Part shown: piece after piece, positions 9,505-19,753 of the stretch
Position numbering within the stretch: the first letter of the stretch is position 1
Layout of the letters: each line of letters opens with the position of its first letter
Virus record (IMG/VR): IMGVR_UViG_3300021426_000064
Coordinates: 120,342 to 184,341 of that record
Source: a virus
Taxonomy: Duplodnaviria > Caudoviricetes
DNA: 64,000 nucleotides
Reading direction: 5' to 3' (one strand)
Translations under genes and position numbers: made by a program
Notes under the pieces: model-generated
Seen by the model: the letters and a program-made list of their open reading frames with translations, nothing else
Told to the model about the DNA's origin: nothing
The model's database searches: none

Positions 9505-10362
9505 ATGCGAAAAGAGATTATAAGCGCCATTCTTGTGGCTATCGCGTTAATTGTGATGGCTACAGGTGGCTCTTTTTGTCAGGCGGGCTCTATCCATGAT
9601 GAAGCACCCGCCCGCCTTGTCGATACGACAAAGACGCTGACGGTAGAAGAAAAAGCCAAGATTAACGACCAGCTCGAAGCACTCCATAATGCAGGGAAGG
9701 CCGAAATGGTTGTTGTCATGGTTCCCGACCTTGAAGGAAAAACCGTGGAGGAATTCTCCATGGATATTGCAGAACGCTGGAAGGTCGGGAAAAAGGGAGA
9801 AGATAACGGCCTCCTTCTTGTGATTGCAAAAGATGAACACAAAATGCGTCTTGAGGTTGGCCGTGGTCTGGAAGGAAGTATTACAGATGGTATGGCCGGC
9901 GAAATAATCGACCGGATGAAACCACAGCTCCGAAACAACGATTTCGCAGGGGCAATCCTTAGTGCAACAGCAGATGTGGAATTAAAGATTGACGGCAAGG
10001 AAATCGAGCATAAAGATGTAGATGGCTTTATCGATACGATATGCGATATTATCATTGTGCTCGCTTGCATTTATGCAATGCTGATTTTCTTCGTATGGTT
10101 GTACGAGGCACATAGAGCGAAATATCGGTACGGATTTATTAACAAAAGCTACGCTTATCGCTTCTTCTCGATTACCGTGTTCCTGTGGGCGGTTGAAAGC
10201 GTTTTTGAAGCAACGTTCGATATGCTTATCACCATACCGCTCGATTGTTTAGGCGGTGAAAGTAGTGGCGGATATTCCGGCGGCTCAAGCTCATTTGATT
10301 CAGACAGCTCATTTGATTCGGGCGGCTCGTTTGATGGCGGCGGCTCTTCCGGTGATTGGTAA
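9505..10362 (+). CDS. TPM-domain (YgcG-like) membrane protein
   Basis: WKVGKKGEDNGLLLVIA, RLEVGRGLEG.ITD, C-terminal GGSFDGGGSSGDW; usual LemA partner. Confidence 0.9.
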   Translation: MRKEIISAILVAIALIVMATGGSFCQAGSIHDEAPARLVDTTKTLTVEEKAKINDQLEALHNAGKAEMVVVMVPDLEGKTVEEFSMDIAERWKVGKKGEDNGLLLVIAKDEHKMRLEVGRGLEGSITDGMAGEIIDRMKPQLRNNDFAGAILSATADVELKIDGKEIEHKDVDGFIDTICDIIIVLACIYAMLIFFVWLYEAHRAKYRYGFINKSYAYRFFSITVFLWAVESVFEATFDMLITIPLDCLGGESSGGYSGGSSSFDSDSSFDSGGSFDGGGSSGDW

Positions 10363-10373
10363 AACGTATTTTG

Positions 10374-10400
10374 TAGAGGGCGAAAAGCCCTCTATTTTTT
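10374..10400 (+). terminator. intrinsic terminator
   Basis: TAGAGGGC-GAAAA-GCCCTCTA followed by TTTTTT. Confidence 0.85.
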
Positions 10401-10412
10401 CCCTCTAAACTC

Positions 10413-10450
10413 TTGACTTTTTATCTTGATAGGTGTATACTTTAATCAAG
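10413..10450 (+). promoter_or_regulatory. sigma70 promoter with CTTGAT/ATCAAG inverted operator
   Basis: TTGACT-17-TATACT; CTTGAT 10425-10430 and ATCAAG 10445-10450 flank the -10. Confidence 0.7.
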
Positions 10451-10467
10451 AAAGGAGATGAAGAGCA

Positions 10468-10866
10468 TTGAGAGATGGGCATTACACCAAGGCCGACATA
10501 ACCGAATTGAATGTATATAAAGAACCCGGTCGGGTGCAAGTCGCGATTGCAACATTAAAAAACGGCGCAAAAATATTGAGTAATGGTTTTGACATCGAAA
10601 TAACCGAAAATCCAAAAGCCTTTAGCGAAAAACAGGTCTATACGAACTATAAAAAATGCAAAGTTCCAGACCTGTACGCTACGGTAGCAGAAATTGTCTA
10701 TAAAAAGGCGTATGGGCACGGTGGTTATCGACCTGGCGCCGGCAGGAAAAAAGACGAGAGTAAAGCGGAACGATCTCCACGCACGTTTAGACTGACAGGT
10801 ATAGAATACCAGAGAGTAAAAACGTTCATTGAAGAGATGCGCAAGGAAGGCGAGGGAGAGTCATGA
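10468..10866 (+). CDS. putative DNA-binding protein
   Basis: HGGYRPGAGRK motif followed by an RHH-like tail. Confidence 0.6.
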   Translation: MRDGHYTKADITELNVYKEPGRVQVAIATLKNGAKILSNGFDIEITENPKAFSEKQVYTNYKKCKVPDLYATVAEIVYKKAYGHGGYRPGAGRKKDESKAERSPRTFRLTGIEYQRVKTFIEEMRKEGEGES

Positions 10867-11462
10867 GGATTTTAGCGAAGATATTGTTTTCTATAACAAT
10901 TGGTCTGGCTGTTATCTTATCATCTGTATCGGTAAGCGAAGCTAAGTATATGGGGATAGTATTCAAGCAGGATGCAAAAGGCTTCACATTTAATACCGCT
11001 AGTAATAGAGAGTGGCTAAAGAATCATATCCAAAGCAAACTTAAAGAGCACGGCGAGTATTGGACAATTGAATGGAAAGACGCAAATAGTTTGACCGGAT
11101 GGCAGTATACTGACGAACTGGCCAGAGCTGCAGCGAATTGGGATCCAAACGCTTACGGACTTGTTGTTATTATAGATGAATGCTTCATTAACCATACGGA
11201 CTTTAGTCATTGGCGCACGGGCCATGTTGACCTAAAGGACCCGTTCGTGGGTGTAAATCTTTGGCTTTATCGTGGTGACGGCGAGCCGGTGCATCTTGCA
11301 GGATGCAGCAAACACCTGACAAACAGGCAGGAGAGCGACGAAAAGCTATTCAATTATCTTTTCCGCAAATGCTCTGTACAGAACTGGGATGATTTCATTA
11401 TGAAAACACTTTTCCCTGTTCAGGAAAAACCAAAAGGGAATTACTTTGAAGACTATATGTAA
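10863..11462 (+). CDS. exported hypothetical protein
   Basis: Signal peptide ending VSEA. Confidence 0.65.
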   Translation: MRILAKILFSITIGLAVILSSVSVSEAKYMGIVFKQDAKGFTFNTASNREWLKNHIQSKLKEHGEYWTIEWKDANSLTGWQYTDELARAAANWDPNAYGLVVIIDECFINHTDFSHWRTGHVDLKDPFVGVNLWLYRGDGEPVHLAGCSKHLTNRQESDEKLFNYLFRKCSVQNWDDFIMKTLFPVQEKPKGNYFEDYM

Positions 11463-11476
11463 GGAAGTGGATAGAT

Positions 11477-13207
11477 TTGGTTAACAAATACATAAAGAGA
11501 ACCCCACCGGAAAGTGCAGGCTTTACATTGCAGGATGTGCAGGAAATTTCTGGAGAGAGCAATATCCCGCAGGTATTAGTGGCTGCTCTGGCCAACAGAG
11601 GGTTTTCTCCAAAGGAGGCTAGAGATATTCTTCTGCAGGATATTCCTGCGGAAGAACTAATCTCAAAGCCGTTAAATGGGGCTGAAAAAGCCGCAGATGA
11701 AATTCTTGCCCATATAAACAGAGGCGATGCTATAGGAATTTTTGCTGACTATGATTGCGACGGCGTAACTTCCGGCTTCGTAATGTATGAGGGTCTTAAT
11801 GAAATAATAAAACACCTTGACTCGGCAAGTAAGGTTGGCGTATACTATCCTCAAAGAAGTGAAGGGTATGGTCTTAATATTGAATATTGTAAGAAGGCTG
11901 TAGCTAATAAGGTAGGGCTTGTAGTAACTGTAGACAATGGCATTACAGTAAAAGAGCAATGTGCCTTCTTACAAGAAAATGGCGTCGATATTGTTGTAAC
12001 TGACCATCATGAGCCAATTAAAACAAAGCTTCCTGATTGCACAATCGTAGATCCGTGTTATTCTGATACTGACCGCAGCTATATGGCGGGTGTCGCAGTC
12101 GCCTTTAACGTAATCCAGACTATGGCAAACAAAGTAAATTGCAAGTTGGATACGGGCAGACTCTATCCGGCAGTAGCTATCGGAACTATCTCAGACTGCA
12201 TGCCGATGTGCTATGAAAATTCAGCTTATGTAAAAATCGGCCTCGGATTAATCAATAAGGGCGAAGCGGGAAAATTCCTCGCAATGATTAAGGGGGATAA
12301 TCCATTAACCTATACACCTACTGACATATCTTTTACAATTGCACCCATGATAAATGCCGCTTCCCGCATGGGGGATACAAGAATCGGCGCGGTTGGTTTT
12401 ATTTCCGATGATGACAAAGTAATTTCGTCAGCAATAAGCAGTTTGCAGGAACTTAACAAAAATCGTAAAGACGTAACCGATATGGCAAGAAAAGCGGTGT
12501 CACATCTGGATCCGGGAGAAAACAAAATCGTTTGCTTCGATGGCAAAGATTTTGGTAAGGGGGTTCACGGCATCATCGCTGGCGAAATCTCTAAACGTTT
12601 TGTCGACTACCCTGCATTTGTTTATATAGTAAAGGAAGCCAACGGGAAAAAGGTCATGGCCGGGTCTATCCGTTGTGGTAATCCCGGAGTCAATTGCATA
12701 GAGATATTTAATAAGCTTAAGAAGCAGGGCGTCGTTAAGATGGTGGCAGGACATTCCTCCGCATGTGTTCTGGAAGTCTATTCAGACCGAAAAGAGGAGT
12801 TCCTTGCAGGATTCAACTCTCTGTACAGTTCAATGGAAATTCCGCCCACAATAATGGGATTGGACGCATCCTTAACCATAAAACAGGCAACGGACAACGC
12901 GACGCTTATTGCGCTCAATAAAATTCCATTCACTGTACAAGAAGAACCACTCTTCGGCATCTCCAATGTAATGATTAATGAGGTGTACAGATCCAGAAAC
13001 AATCCGGACAATATCCGCTTCACGTTGGCAGATAATACCGGCTATAAACAGGCTTGGGCCTGGAAGTTCGCTTCCCGCTACAAAGAACTCGGCGAACCCA
13101 ACGAAGTACACCTTGTATGTACGATAACTCAGGACTTTATGAACAAACGCTCGCCTAAGGCTGCGATTAAGATAGTGGATATGATTCCGGTCAAAAGAAC
13201 GGCTTAA
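11477..13207 (+). CDS. recJ: RecJ-like ssDNA exonuclease (DHH family)
   Basis: DYDCDG, EGYGLN, TVDNG, TDHH, APMINAASR, GSIR, AGH. Confidence 0.92.
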   Translation: MVNKYIKRTPPESAGFTLQDVQEISGESNIPQVLVAALANRGFSPKEARDILLQDIPAEELISKPLNGAEKAADEILAHINRGDAIGIFADYDCDGVTSGFVMYEGLNEIIKHLDSASKVGVYYPQRSEGYGLNIEYCKKAVANKVGLVVTVDNGITVKEQCAFLQENGVDIVVTDHHEPIKTKLPDCTIVDPCYSDTDRSYMAGVAVAFNVIQTMANKVNCKLDTGRLYPAVAIGTISDCMPMCYENSAYVKIGLGLINKGEAGKFLAMIKGDNPLTYTPTDISFTIAPMINAASRMGDTRIGAVGFISDDDKVISSAISSLQELNKNRKDVTDMARKAVSHLDPGENKIVCFDGKDFGKGVHGIIAGEISKRFVDYPAFVYIVKEANGKKVMAGSIRCGNPGVNCIEIFNKLKKQGVVKMVAGHSSACVLEVYSDRKEEFLAGFNSLYSSMEIPPTIMGLDASLTIKQATDNATLIALNKIPFTVQEEPLFGISNVMINEVYRSRNNPDNIRFTLADNTGYKQAWAWKFASRYKELGEPNEVHLVCTITQDFMNKRSPKAAIKIVDMIPVKRTA

Positions 13208-13236
13208 TATCCGGAAAAACTAAGGGGGATATTATT

Positions 13237-16200
13237 TTGGCACTAAATGAATTAATTTGCGAAATAGCAGGAGAAGATCCGCGTAAGGAGATTGCCGCTC
13301 AGTTTGCGGGCGGCAATGCGGATTTTGTTCACTGCCACCTGCATACAATTTATTCAACACTCGATGGTTTGTGTAAGCCGGATATACTTGCAAAACGAGC
13401 AAAAGAACTGGGATTCAAAGCTGTTGCTGTGACAGACCACGGTCATAGTGGTGGGGCGCTGGCCTTCCAGCAGGCGATGAAAAAGCAGGGAATTAAATCT
13501 CTGCTTGGGGCAGAGCTATACTACACGCCGGATATGAAAATTGCGGCCATGGAAAAAGAAGACCGTGATGCCTGGGCTTTGCGTGAACTTCTTAAAGATA
13601 AAGAAGCAAGATGTATTTGCAACTGGGACATCACCAAGAAAAAAAGTGATAGAAAATCCAGGGACGAATATATGGCAATGCTTCTTGAAACTATCGAAGA
13701 CCAGACACAGCGCGACATCAAAAACGTTACGATTGAAAATATACGCAAGGTGTTTGGTAAAGATGAGATGTCCGCATTCAAGCGTCTTAACAAAGACATC
13801 TTTGATGAGTTTGCCTATGATATGCGCCAGTATCATTTAATCGTGATTGCCATGAACCAGACAGGCTGGAAAAATCTGGTAGCTATCCAGTCGATTGCTT
13901 CCAGAGAGTGCCAGTATAATAACCGCGCGCTGACTGACCTCAATCTCCTGAAGAAATATAACGAAGGTCTTATCATCTGCACAGCATGTGTCGGATCGAT
14001 CTTCAGTCGTTATGTGCAAAAGCGCAGACCTGACCTTGCAGAAGAGGCGCTGCTCGAATTTAAGGAAGTATTCGGCGACAGATTTTATCTCGAAATCCAG
14101 CCCATCACCATTCCGCAGCAGATGATGACAAATCCCTTCTATATGGAAATGGCCAAGAAGCACGGCATTAAGACCATCGCCACAACCGATACGCATTACG
14201 TTTTTAAGGAAGATCACGAAGTCCATGACGCTTATATGTGTATCAGCACAGGCCGTTATCTGGACGATACAATCGATAGAGAGCGCTGGGAAGCCGCGCA
14301 TAAAAGCGGAAAATCAGAATACAAGGAACGTATGAAGTATACCAACGACTATTGGTTCCGTGATGTAAACGAAATGATAGATGCCTTCTTAACTCAAGAA
14401 GACTATGGTAAGAACTTCTTCTCTGAAGAAAATAAGCTGTCTATCGAAGAATATCGCAGATACTGGATTGCCGCCATGAAAGAAACGGTAAGCTTAGCAA
14501 ATCGCGTTGAAGATAACATTCTTATCGGTTCGGCGACAACACTTTATCCAAAAGTTAAAAACATCCCCCAAGGTTTTACCTCTGATAGCTGGCTCACCGC
14601 ACAGGCTGTAAATGGTTTGGTAAAATATGCCGACAAGATGAAGAAGGCCGGTACGCCAATCGACTTCAAGGCTTATTCTGACCGTCTTTTTGATGAATTG
14701 GCCGTTATTAAGACAAAGCATTACGCAGACTACTTCCTTGGTGTTCAGGAATACACCAACTGGGCTAACTCTATTAATCCAGAGACGGGTTTGCCGTTCT
14801 GCTGTTCGGGGCCGGGAAGAGGATCGGCCGGGGCAAGCCTGGTACTGTTCTGTATCGGTATCACCCACAATATAGACCCTGTAAAATACGACTTAATGTT
14901 TTCTCGTTTTCTAACCATGGATAGAAACGAGCCGCCAGATATCGATTTGGATTTTAGCTGGAAACACAGGCCACTTGTTATCCACCATCTTGAAGAAGTA
15001 TACGGTGAAGATCATGTGTGTCATATCGGTGCATGGACAACAGAATCTATCTATACAGGCATTAAAGACTTTGCGCGCGTACTTGCAAAACCGGTAAGCG
15101 TCGCAGATAAAATCAATAAAGAGCTGCAGGCGATTTGCAACAAAGATCCTAAAGCATGTTTTAAGATGTTCGATGACATGAAGGAGTCCAATCCTGATGG
15201 GTATAAACGTTTTAAGGCTCTTGAGGAAAGCGAACCGCAAGTGTTTAAATATGCAAGACAATGTGAAGGTGTTATCCGCCAATGGACAACTCACGCATCT
15301 GGCGTTATTGCATGTCCGGAGACCCTTATCGGCTTAATTCCTACTAGATATGATAAGAGCGAAAACACCACAGTTGCTTTGTTTAGTGGAGTGGAATGCG
15401 AAAAAGCTGGGCTTATCAAATTTGATGTCCTTGGTCTAAAAACGCTTGATATTGTGGAAGGGACATTATTATCCATCGACAAGGATTTCGAATGGCTTTA
15501 TGATACTGTTACAATGGACGATAAAAAAGCTTTTAAGATGATTTGTGAAGGCAAGACGGAAGCCATGTTCCAAATTGAGTCCGATATGATGAAAGGGCTG
15601 GTAAAAAACATTCAGCCAACAAGCATAGAAGACCTTTCCGCTCTTGTGGCGATCGGTCGACCAGGGCCACTATCAGTAGGTGTAGATAAAGACTATGCCG
15701 ATTGGAAAAAGCACCCTGAAAATATAAAAGAATATTTGCCAAATATTCAAGATTTTCTTGTCCGTTCTCATGGAACAATTGTCTACCAGGAACAATTAAT
15801 GCAGATATCTATGCGCTGTTTTGGTTTTAATCAGGCCCAGTCTGATAGCATAATGAGGAAAATTTTGGGCAAAAAAAAGGTAGAACAGCTTCCTATGCTA
15901 CGTCGCATTATGATATACGGAATGAAATCCGGCAAGGGGCCGGACGGATGGAGAGAAAATGATGATTCTGTATGGTATGACGAAGATGGCCATTATGGTG
16001 ATCCGATTTGTGGCGGCATTGCATTGGGGTATAATAAAGAACAAATCGAAAAGTTCTTTAATGATATCCAAGGGTTTGCCTCATATTGTTTTAACCTTGG
16101 GCACTCGTTGGCGTATGGGTATATCGCACTACTTTCTGCATACCTTAAAGCACACTATCCGTCCCAGTTTATGGCCTCTGTAATCTCTATGGCCAACGAC

Positions 16201-16998
16201 GACGACAAGAAAGAGAAGTACATGAAGGCTTGTGAAGACCTCGGTATTAAAATCACGCCGCCGGATGTCAATCTCTCCAAAGAAGGATTCACCGCAACAA
16301 GCGACAAAACTATCTCCTATGGTCTTTCCTCTATAAAAGGAATTAAGCAGACAGCGGATATTATTGCCAATGCGCCTTATAAAGACCTCAAAGATGCGTA
16401 CGAGCGTATTCCAAAGAAGTCCTTTAATAAGAAAGTGGCGGAAGGGTTAATCAAGGCCGGCGCCTTTGATTTTGCGAATAAAAACCGAAAAGAGCTTCTG
16501 AACGAATATATCACGCTTTCCAATCAGGGAAAGACGAAGAGCCAGCAGCGCGAGCTTTTGGAAAACACTACGTACGACAAAATGGATTGTATGCAGATGG
16601 AAGTAGAAACGCTTGGCCGTTCTATCACATACGAACCTGCATGGAAAGGCGCTCTTGCAGGGGAACGTCTCTCTGGTAATTGCACACTCAAGAGCATTAA
16701 GCACCATATTACAAAATCTACCAAGAAACGTATGGCCATGCTCACTGTAATCAATGAGACTTATGCGATTGAAGCGTTGCTTTTCCCGAAAGAATATCCT
16801 AAATACGTTAATCTCTTGAATAACTACGAGGATGGACAACTGGTATATATTGAAGGTGCGATGGATAAGGAAGGCAAGAAGCTCATTATCAATAGCATCA
16901 GCGCACCACAGATTGAGAATCAGGAGCCGGAAAAAGCTGTTAACAATACCGGCATGCCAGTATTCAACTTTGACCCATTCGACTTCAATGCTGCGTAA
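13237..16998 (+). CDS. dnaE: DNA polymerase III alpha subunit
   Basis: PHP HCHLHT.YS.LDG and TDHG, GPGRGSAGASL, PDIDLDF, HASGV, KFDVLGLKTL, YQEQLM, FASYCFNLGH; no intein seen. Confidence 0.95.
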   Translation: MALNELICEIAGEDPRKEIAAQFAGGNADFVHCHLHTIYSTLDGLCKPDILAKRAKELGFKAVAVTDHGHSGGALAFQQAMKKQGIKSLLGAELYYTPDMKIAAMEKEDRDAWALRELLKDKEARCICNWDITKKKSDRKSRDEYMAMLLETIEDQTQRDIKNVTIENIRKVFGKDEMSAFKRLNKDIFDEFAYDMRQYHLIVIAMNQTGWKNLVAIQSIASRECQYNNRALTDLNLLKKYNEGLIICTACVGSIFSRYVQKRRPDLAEEALLEFKEVFGDRFYLEIQPITIPQQMMTNPFYMEMAKKHGIKTIATTDTHYVFKEDHEVHDAYMCISTGRYLDDTIDRERWEAAHKSGKSEYKERMKYTNDYWFRDVNEMIDAFLTQEDYGKNFFSEENKLSIEEYRRYWIAAMKETVSLANRVEDNILIGSATTLYPKVKNIPQGFTSDSWLTAQAVNGLVKYADKMKKAGTPIDFKAYSDRLFDELAVIKTKHYADYFLGVQEYTNWANSINPETGLPFCCSGPGRGSAGASLVLFCIGITHNIDPVKYDLMFSRFLTMDRNEPPDIDLDFSWKHRPLVIHHLEEVYGEDHVCHIGAWTTESIYTGIKDFARVLAKPVSVADKINKELQAICNKDPKACFKMFDDMKESNPDGYKRFKALEESEPQVFKYARQCEGVIRQWTTHASGVIACPETLIGLIPTRYDKSENTTVALFSGVECEKAGLIKFDVLGLKTLDIVEGTLLSIDKDFEWLYDTVTMDDKKAFKMICEGKTEAMFQIESDMMKGLVKNIQPTSIEDLSALVAIGRPGPLSVGVDKDYADWKKHPENIKEYLPNIQDFLVRSHGTIVYQEQLMQISMRCFGFNQAQSDSIMRKILGKKKVEQLPMLRRIMIYGMKSGKGPDGWRENDDSVWYDEDGHYGDPICGGIALGYNKEQIEKFFNDIQGFASYCFNLGHSLAYGYIALLSAYLKAHYPSQFMASVISMANDDDKKEKYMKACEDLGIKITPPDVNLSKEGFTATSDKTISYGLSSIKGIKQTADIIANAPYKDLKDAYERIPKKSFNKKVAEGLIKAGAFDFANKNRKELLNEYITLSNQGKTKSQQRELLENTTYDKMDCMQMEVETLGRSITYEPAWKGALAGERLSGNCTLKSIKHHITKSTKKRMAMLTVINETYAIEALLFPKEYPKYVNLLNNYEDGQLVYIEGAMDKEGKKLIINSISAPQIENQEPEKAVNNTGMPVFNFDPFDFNAA

Positions 16999-17067
16999 TC
17001 GCCTCAAAAACAGGTAATATAGGAATCGTACCCGTCAAGTTAACCTGTCTAGCAGAAAGGAAAATGC

Positions 17068-17349
17068 ATGATGGAAAAAACGAATCAGGTAACGATTCAG
17101 AAATCTATCGAAGCTTCTCTCAAGGTTCTTGAGACTGTAGGTGACCCCACGGTTGTGAGTGAAGCCAAGAAGATTGAGGCGAATGTCAACAAGATGGTTG
17201 ATATTAACCGCCCGATGGTAGAAGCTTACGCTGAAGAGCTGAAAGCTTTTGACCAGAGCCTTGTTGCTAAGTATGGCATGAAGGCGGCCCGTGTTATTGA
17301 AGCTGTAATTCTTGTAGCACTGGCAGTAAAAAATTTCTATCTGGGCTGA
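17068..17349 (+). CDS. hypothetical protein with C-terminal hydrophobic anchor
   Basis: 93-aa ORF, RBS GAAAGGA. Confidence 0.65.
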   Translation: MMEKTNQVTIQKSIEASLKVLETVGDPTVVSEAKKIEANVNKMVDINRPMVEAYAEELKAFDQSLVAKYGMKAARVIEAVILVALAVKNFYLG

Positions 17350-17365
17350 TCTGCCCAAAGAAACC

Positions 17366-17390
17366 AGACCGGAGCAATCCGGTCTTTTTT
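17366..17390 (+). terminator. intrinsic terminator
   Basis: AGACCGGA-GCAA-TCCGGTCT followed by TTTTT. Confidence 0.85.
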
Positions 17391-17438
17391 CTATGCTGCA
17401 AAACGGGCGGTAATATCTGATAGAAAGGCGGTGGGAAA

Positions 17439-17660
17439 ATGAGGCCAACAATTCTTAGTGATAACCCATATATCCGTGAGAACCGAGAACTGATTAACAA
17501 AATTCGTGAGATTTGCCATGCGGGCGGCGATACGGGGCGCGCTCTTTATGAGCAGATTCCGGAATTTGAACACAGTGAGGGACCGAACGGCGAATGGATA
17601 TACTTAAAACCCGTCAAGGACGGTTTTTATGGGTGGGCTATTCCGGACTGGGGAGAATAA
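17439..17660 (+). CDS. hypothetical protein
   Basis: 73-aa ORF with RBS. Confidence 0.55.
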   Translation: MRPTILSDNPYIRENRELINKIREICHAGGDTGRALYEQIPEFEHSEGPNGEWIYLKPVKDGFYGWAIPDWGE

Positions 17661-17790
17661 TTTGTAGCAATTTTCCAGAAAAACTTTTATCAGTCATGTT
17701 TATATGGAAAAGACCTTCCGTAATGTCGGTGTGAGATTGAGCAAAACAGTATACTTCTCTTTCTAACGCATCTTCACTTACAGGAAAGAG

Positions 17791-18066
17791 GTGGCAAAAG
17801 TTTTGTTTAAGCAACTTCTTAAAATGCTTTTTTGTGAAAACGAAGAAGCTAGTTTGTCCAAGGTGCTTACGGCCTTATATTTTTTGCTGTTTGCGGGCGT
17901 AAGCATCTATCTCGTAGTCTTCAATATTCATTGGCAGAGCTATGAGATTTTCGCAGCCTTTGCCGGCGGTGGTGGCGCTGTTGCACAGGTTTCGCACAAA
18001 TTCATAAACAGCAAGTACAATTCGGTTCCGGGCGGTTTTGAGTCGAATCAGGTCGACCGGAAGTAA
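17791..18066 (+). CDS. holin-like two-TM membrane protein
   Basis: Two hydrophobic segments, charged C-terminus (KFINSKYNS). Confidence 0.55.
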   Translation: MAKVLFKQLLKMLFCENEEASLSKVLTALYFLLFAGVSIYLVVFNIHWQSYEIFAAFAGGGGAVAQVSHKFINSKYNSVPGGFESNQVDRK

Positions 18067-18085
18067 ACCGAGAAGGATTTTTAAC

Positions 18086-18484
18086 ATGAGAACTGAATTT
18101 TGGAATGAGCTCGAAGAAATCGCGCTCGAAGCCAAGGAAGCTCTCTGGTGTCAGGCTGAGACGGAAGATGTGGATATTACAATCAGCGTCTTCCGTCAAA
18201 GTACTATTTTTGAAGACTATCATATTGTAATCGATGAAGAAGCGAAGCTTATCGTCGTGGACGAGAACTTTAAAAACAGTGGCGCCGATATTCGAGTGGC
18301 AGTCATATCTGACCATGGCGATATTAACGAAGACCAGATGCAGACATTGGCTGGGGCACTCGCCGTACTGGTAGATGTGCTCGATATTGAATTTGACGAT
18401 GAGCATATTTTCCTGCCGGACTGTCTATCTACGGAAGAAATTCTGGAGATAACAGAATGGTATTTGGAAAATGGTTTTGGATAA
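18086..18484 (+). CDS. acidic, apparently inactive paralog of the amidase at 40102
   Basis: Aligns by eye: EL..A...E..W.QA, DYH..ID, Q...A.A...L.D.L; lacks the LHW and THGE histidines. Confidence 0.55.
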   Translation: MRTEFWNELEEIALEAKEALWCQAETEDVDITISVFRQSTIFEDYHIVIDEEAKLIVVDENFKNSGADIRVAVISDHGDINEDQMQTLAGALAVLVDVLDIEFDDEHIFLPDCLSTEEILEITEWYLENGFG

Positions 18485-18507
18485 GCCGCTTTTTGGAGGG
18501 GCATATA

Positions 18508-18705
18508 ATGGCAGTAAAAACGATTGAAGTTGTAAGCGACCGCCCGCTTAGCTCCGTAGAAATGGCAAAGATCCAGGGTATCCTGGTAGAATCAAAATGC
18601 GAATACGAATCTCTCAGAAACTCTATTGATGGAGTAACCGGTTTTGATGGCGGAGTAATTACAATCGGCTCCGGCATTGGCTATAGATCATATATTGAAG
18701 TTTGA
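18508..18705 (+). CDS. hypothetical protein
   Basis: ATG after GGAGGGG. Confidence 0.55.
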   Translation: MAVKTIEVVSDRPLSSVEMAKIQGILVESKCEYESLRNSIDGVTGFDGGVITIGSGIGYRSYIEV

Positions 18706-18712
18706 GAGCATA

Positions 18713-18758
18713 CAAAAAGAGCGGCGGCCCATTAAGTAAATAGGCGCCACTCTTTTTG
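18713..18758. terminator. long bidirectional terminator-like hairpin
   Basis: CAAAAAGAG.GGCG...CGCC.CTCTTTTTG. Confidence 0.6.
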
Positions 18759-18901
18759 CGTAGTAGAGCTAAAGTAGTTTTCAAGGAGGAAATAAACGCT
18801 TGTCTTAAAGACACTCGCACCTCCAATATTACCGGGATTTTCTCTTTTGATACCGGATAGCAACAAAGCATGTAAGGAAATATTTTTTAGAGGTAACACG
18901 A

Positions 18902-19402
18902 ATGGCTGTAAAAAGCATATACAAAGAGCTTTTAGATATGGCTCAGGATTCTCAAGTTAATGACGATATGGATATTGATATGATGGAGCCTTTTTTGGGC
19001 GACATGGCAGATATTATGTCCAACTACGATGAAAGCGAAAGTAAAATTGCCTACTTGCCAATAAAAAGGCATTACATTGAACAAAATGGCTTAAGATATG
19101 ATATTAGCGGCATTCTCTCTTATGCAGTTAGAGATGGAATACCGAAAAACATTCTTGATGAATATATAGATGGGGAGTTCTTTAATGATTATCCCGTAGC
19201 GGTTTCTTTTCTTATGCGGCGGGATGACTATATAAAAATGCAGCGGGAAACATTCACCAATGGCCTTTACAATATTCTGCGATTCAGCCGGGGAATGCAT
19301 AATGTATTTTCAGCCGGCCATATCGTAACGGTATATGGTGACTCGGAAAATGTAACAGTTATTGCCGGCTTTAGTAAAGAAGGGGACGAGTTAGATGATT
19401 GA
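18902..19402 (+). CDS. hypothetical protein
   Basis: 166-aa ORF, RBS GAGGT. Confidence 0.65.
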   Translation: MAVKSIYKELLDMAQDSQVNDDMDIDMMEPFLGDMADIMSNYDESESKIAYLPIKRHYIEQNGLRYDISGILSYAVRDGIPKNILDEYIDGEFFNDYPVAVSFLMRRDDYIKMQRETFTNGLYNILRFSRGMHNVFSAGHIVTVYGDSENVTVIAGFSKEGDELDD

Positions 19403-19697
19403 TTATATTAAGAGCGCAAAAAGACTGGCCGCCGAAAACGACGATGTGTTGCATATGCATATTGAATGTGTAGACAACGGATATATACTGCATTCTCGGA
19501 ATAAGTTTTTTGACTCGGATGAACTGCGAAAAATCACCGACGGTAATATACAGGTAAAAATGTTAAACCCTTTTCATCCGTATGAATCAGACTGGTTTAT
19601 TCCTGCGCCTGGTAGTGAAGCGAGGAAACTAATTCTGGAGTCAAATTTATACCTCTTGTTTCTGAAAATCTTAGGGAAAACGGAAAACAGGGCGTAA
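19395..19697 (+). CDS. hypothetical protein
   Basis: 100-aa ORF coupled to the previous gene. Confidence 0.6.
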   Translation: MIDYIKSAKRLAAENDDVLHMHIECVDNGYILHSRNKFFDSDELRKITDGNIQVKMLNPFHPYESDWFIPAPGSEARKLILESNLYLLFLKILGKTENRA

Positions 19698-19753
19698 TAA
19701 CCCGAACAGTAGAGTAGTAGTAATAGGCCGGAGGGCCTTGGAGGAAAAGACTT

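Noticed and set aside
10289-10345. 18-bp tandem repeats GCTCATTTGATTC
   Set aside because: They encode the usual Gly/Ser-rich TPM protein tail; not CRISPR
13237-16998. Insertions in DnaE as possible inteins or introns
   Set aside because: No intein splice motifs or homing endonuclease signature; ORF is continuous
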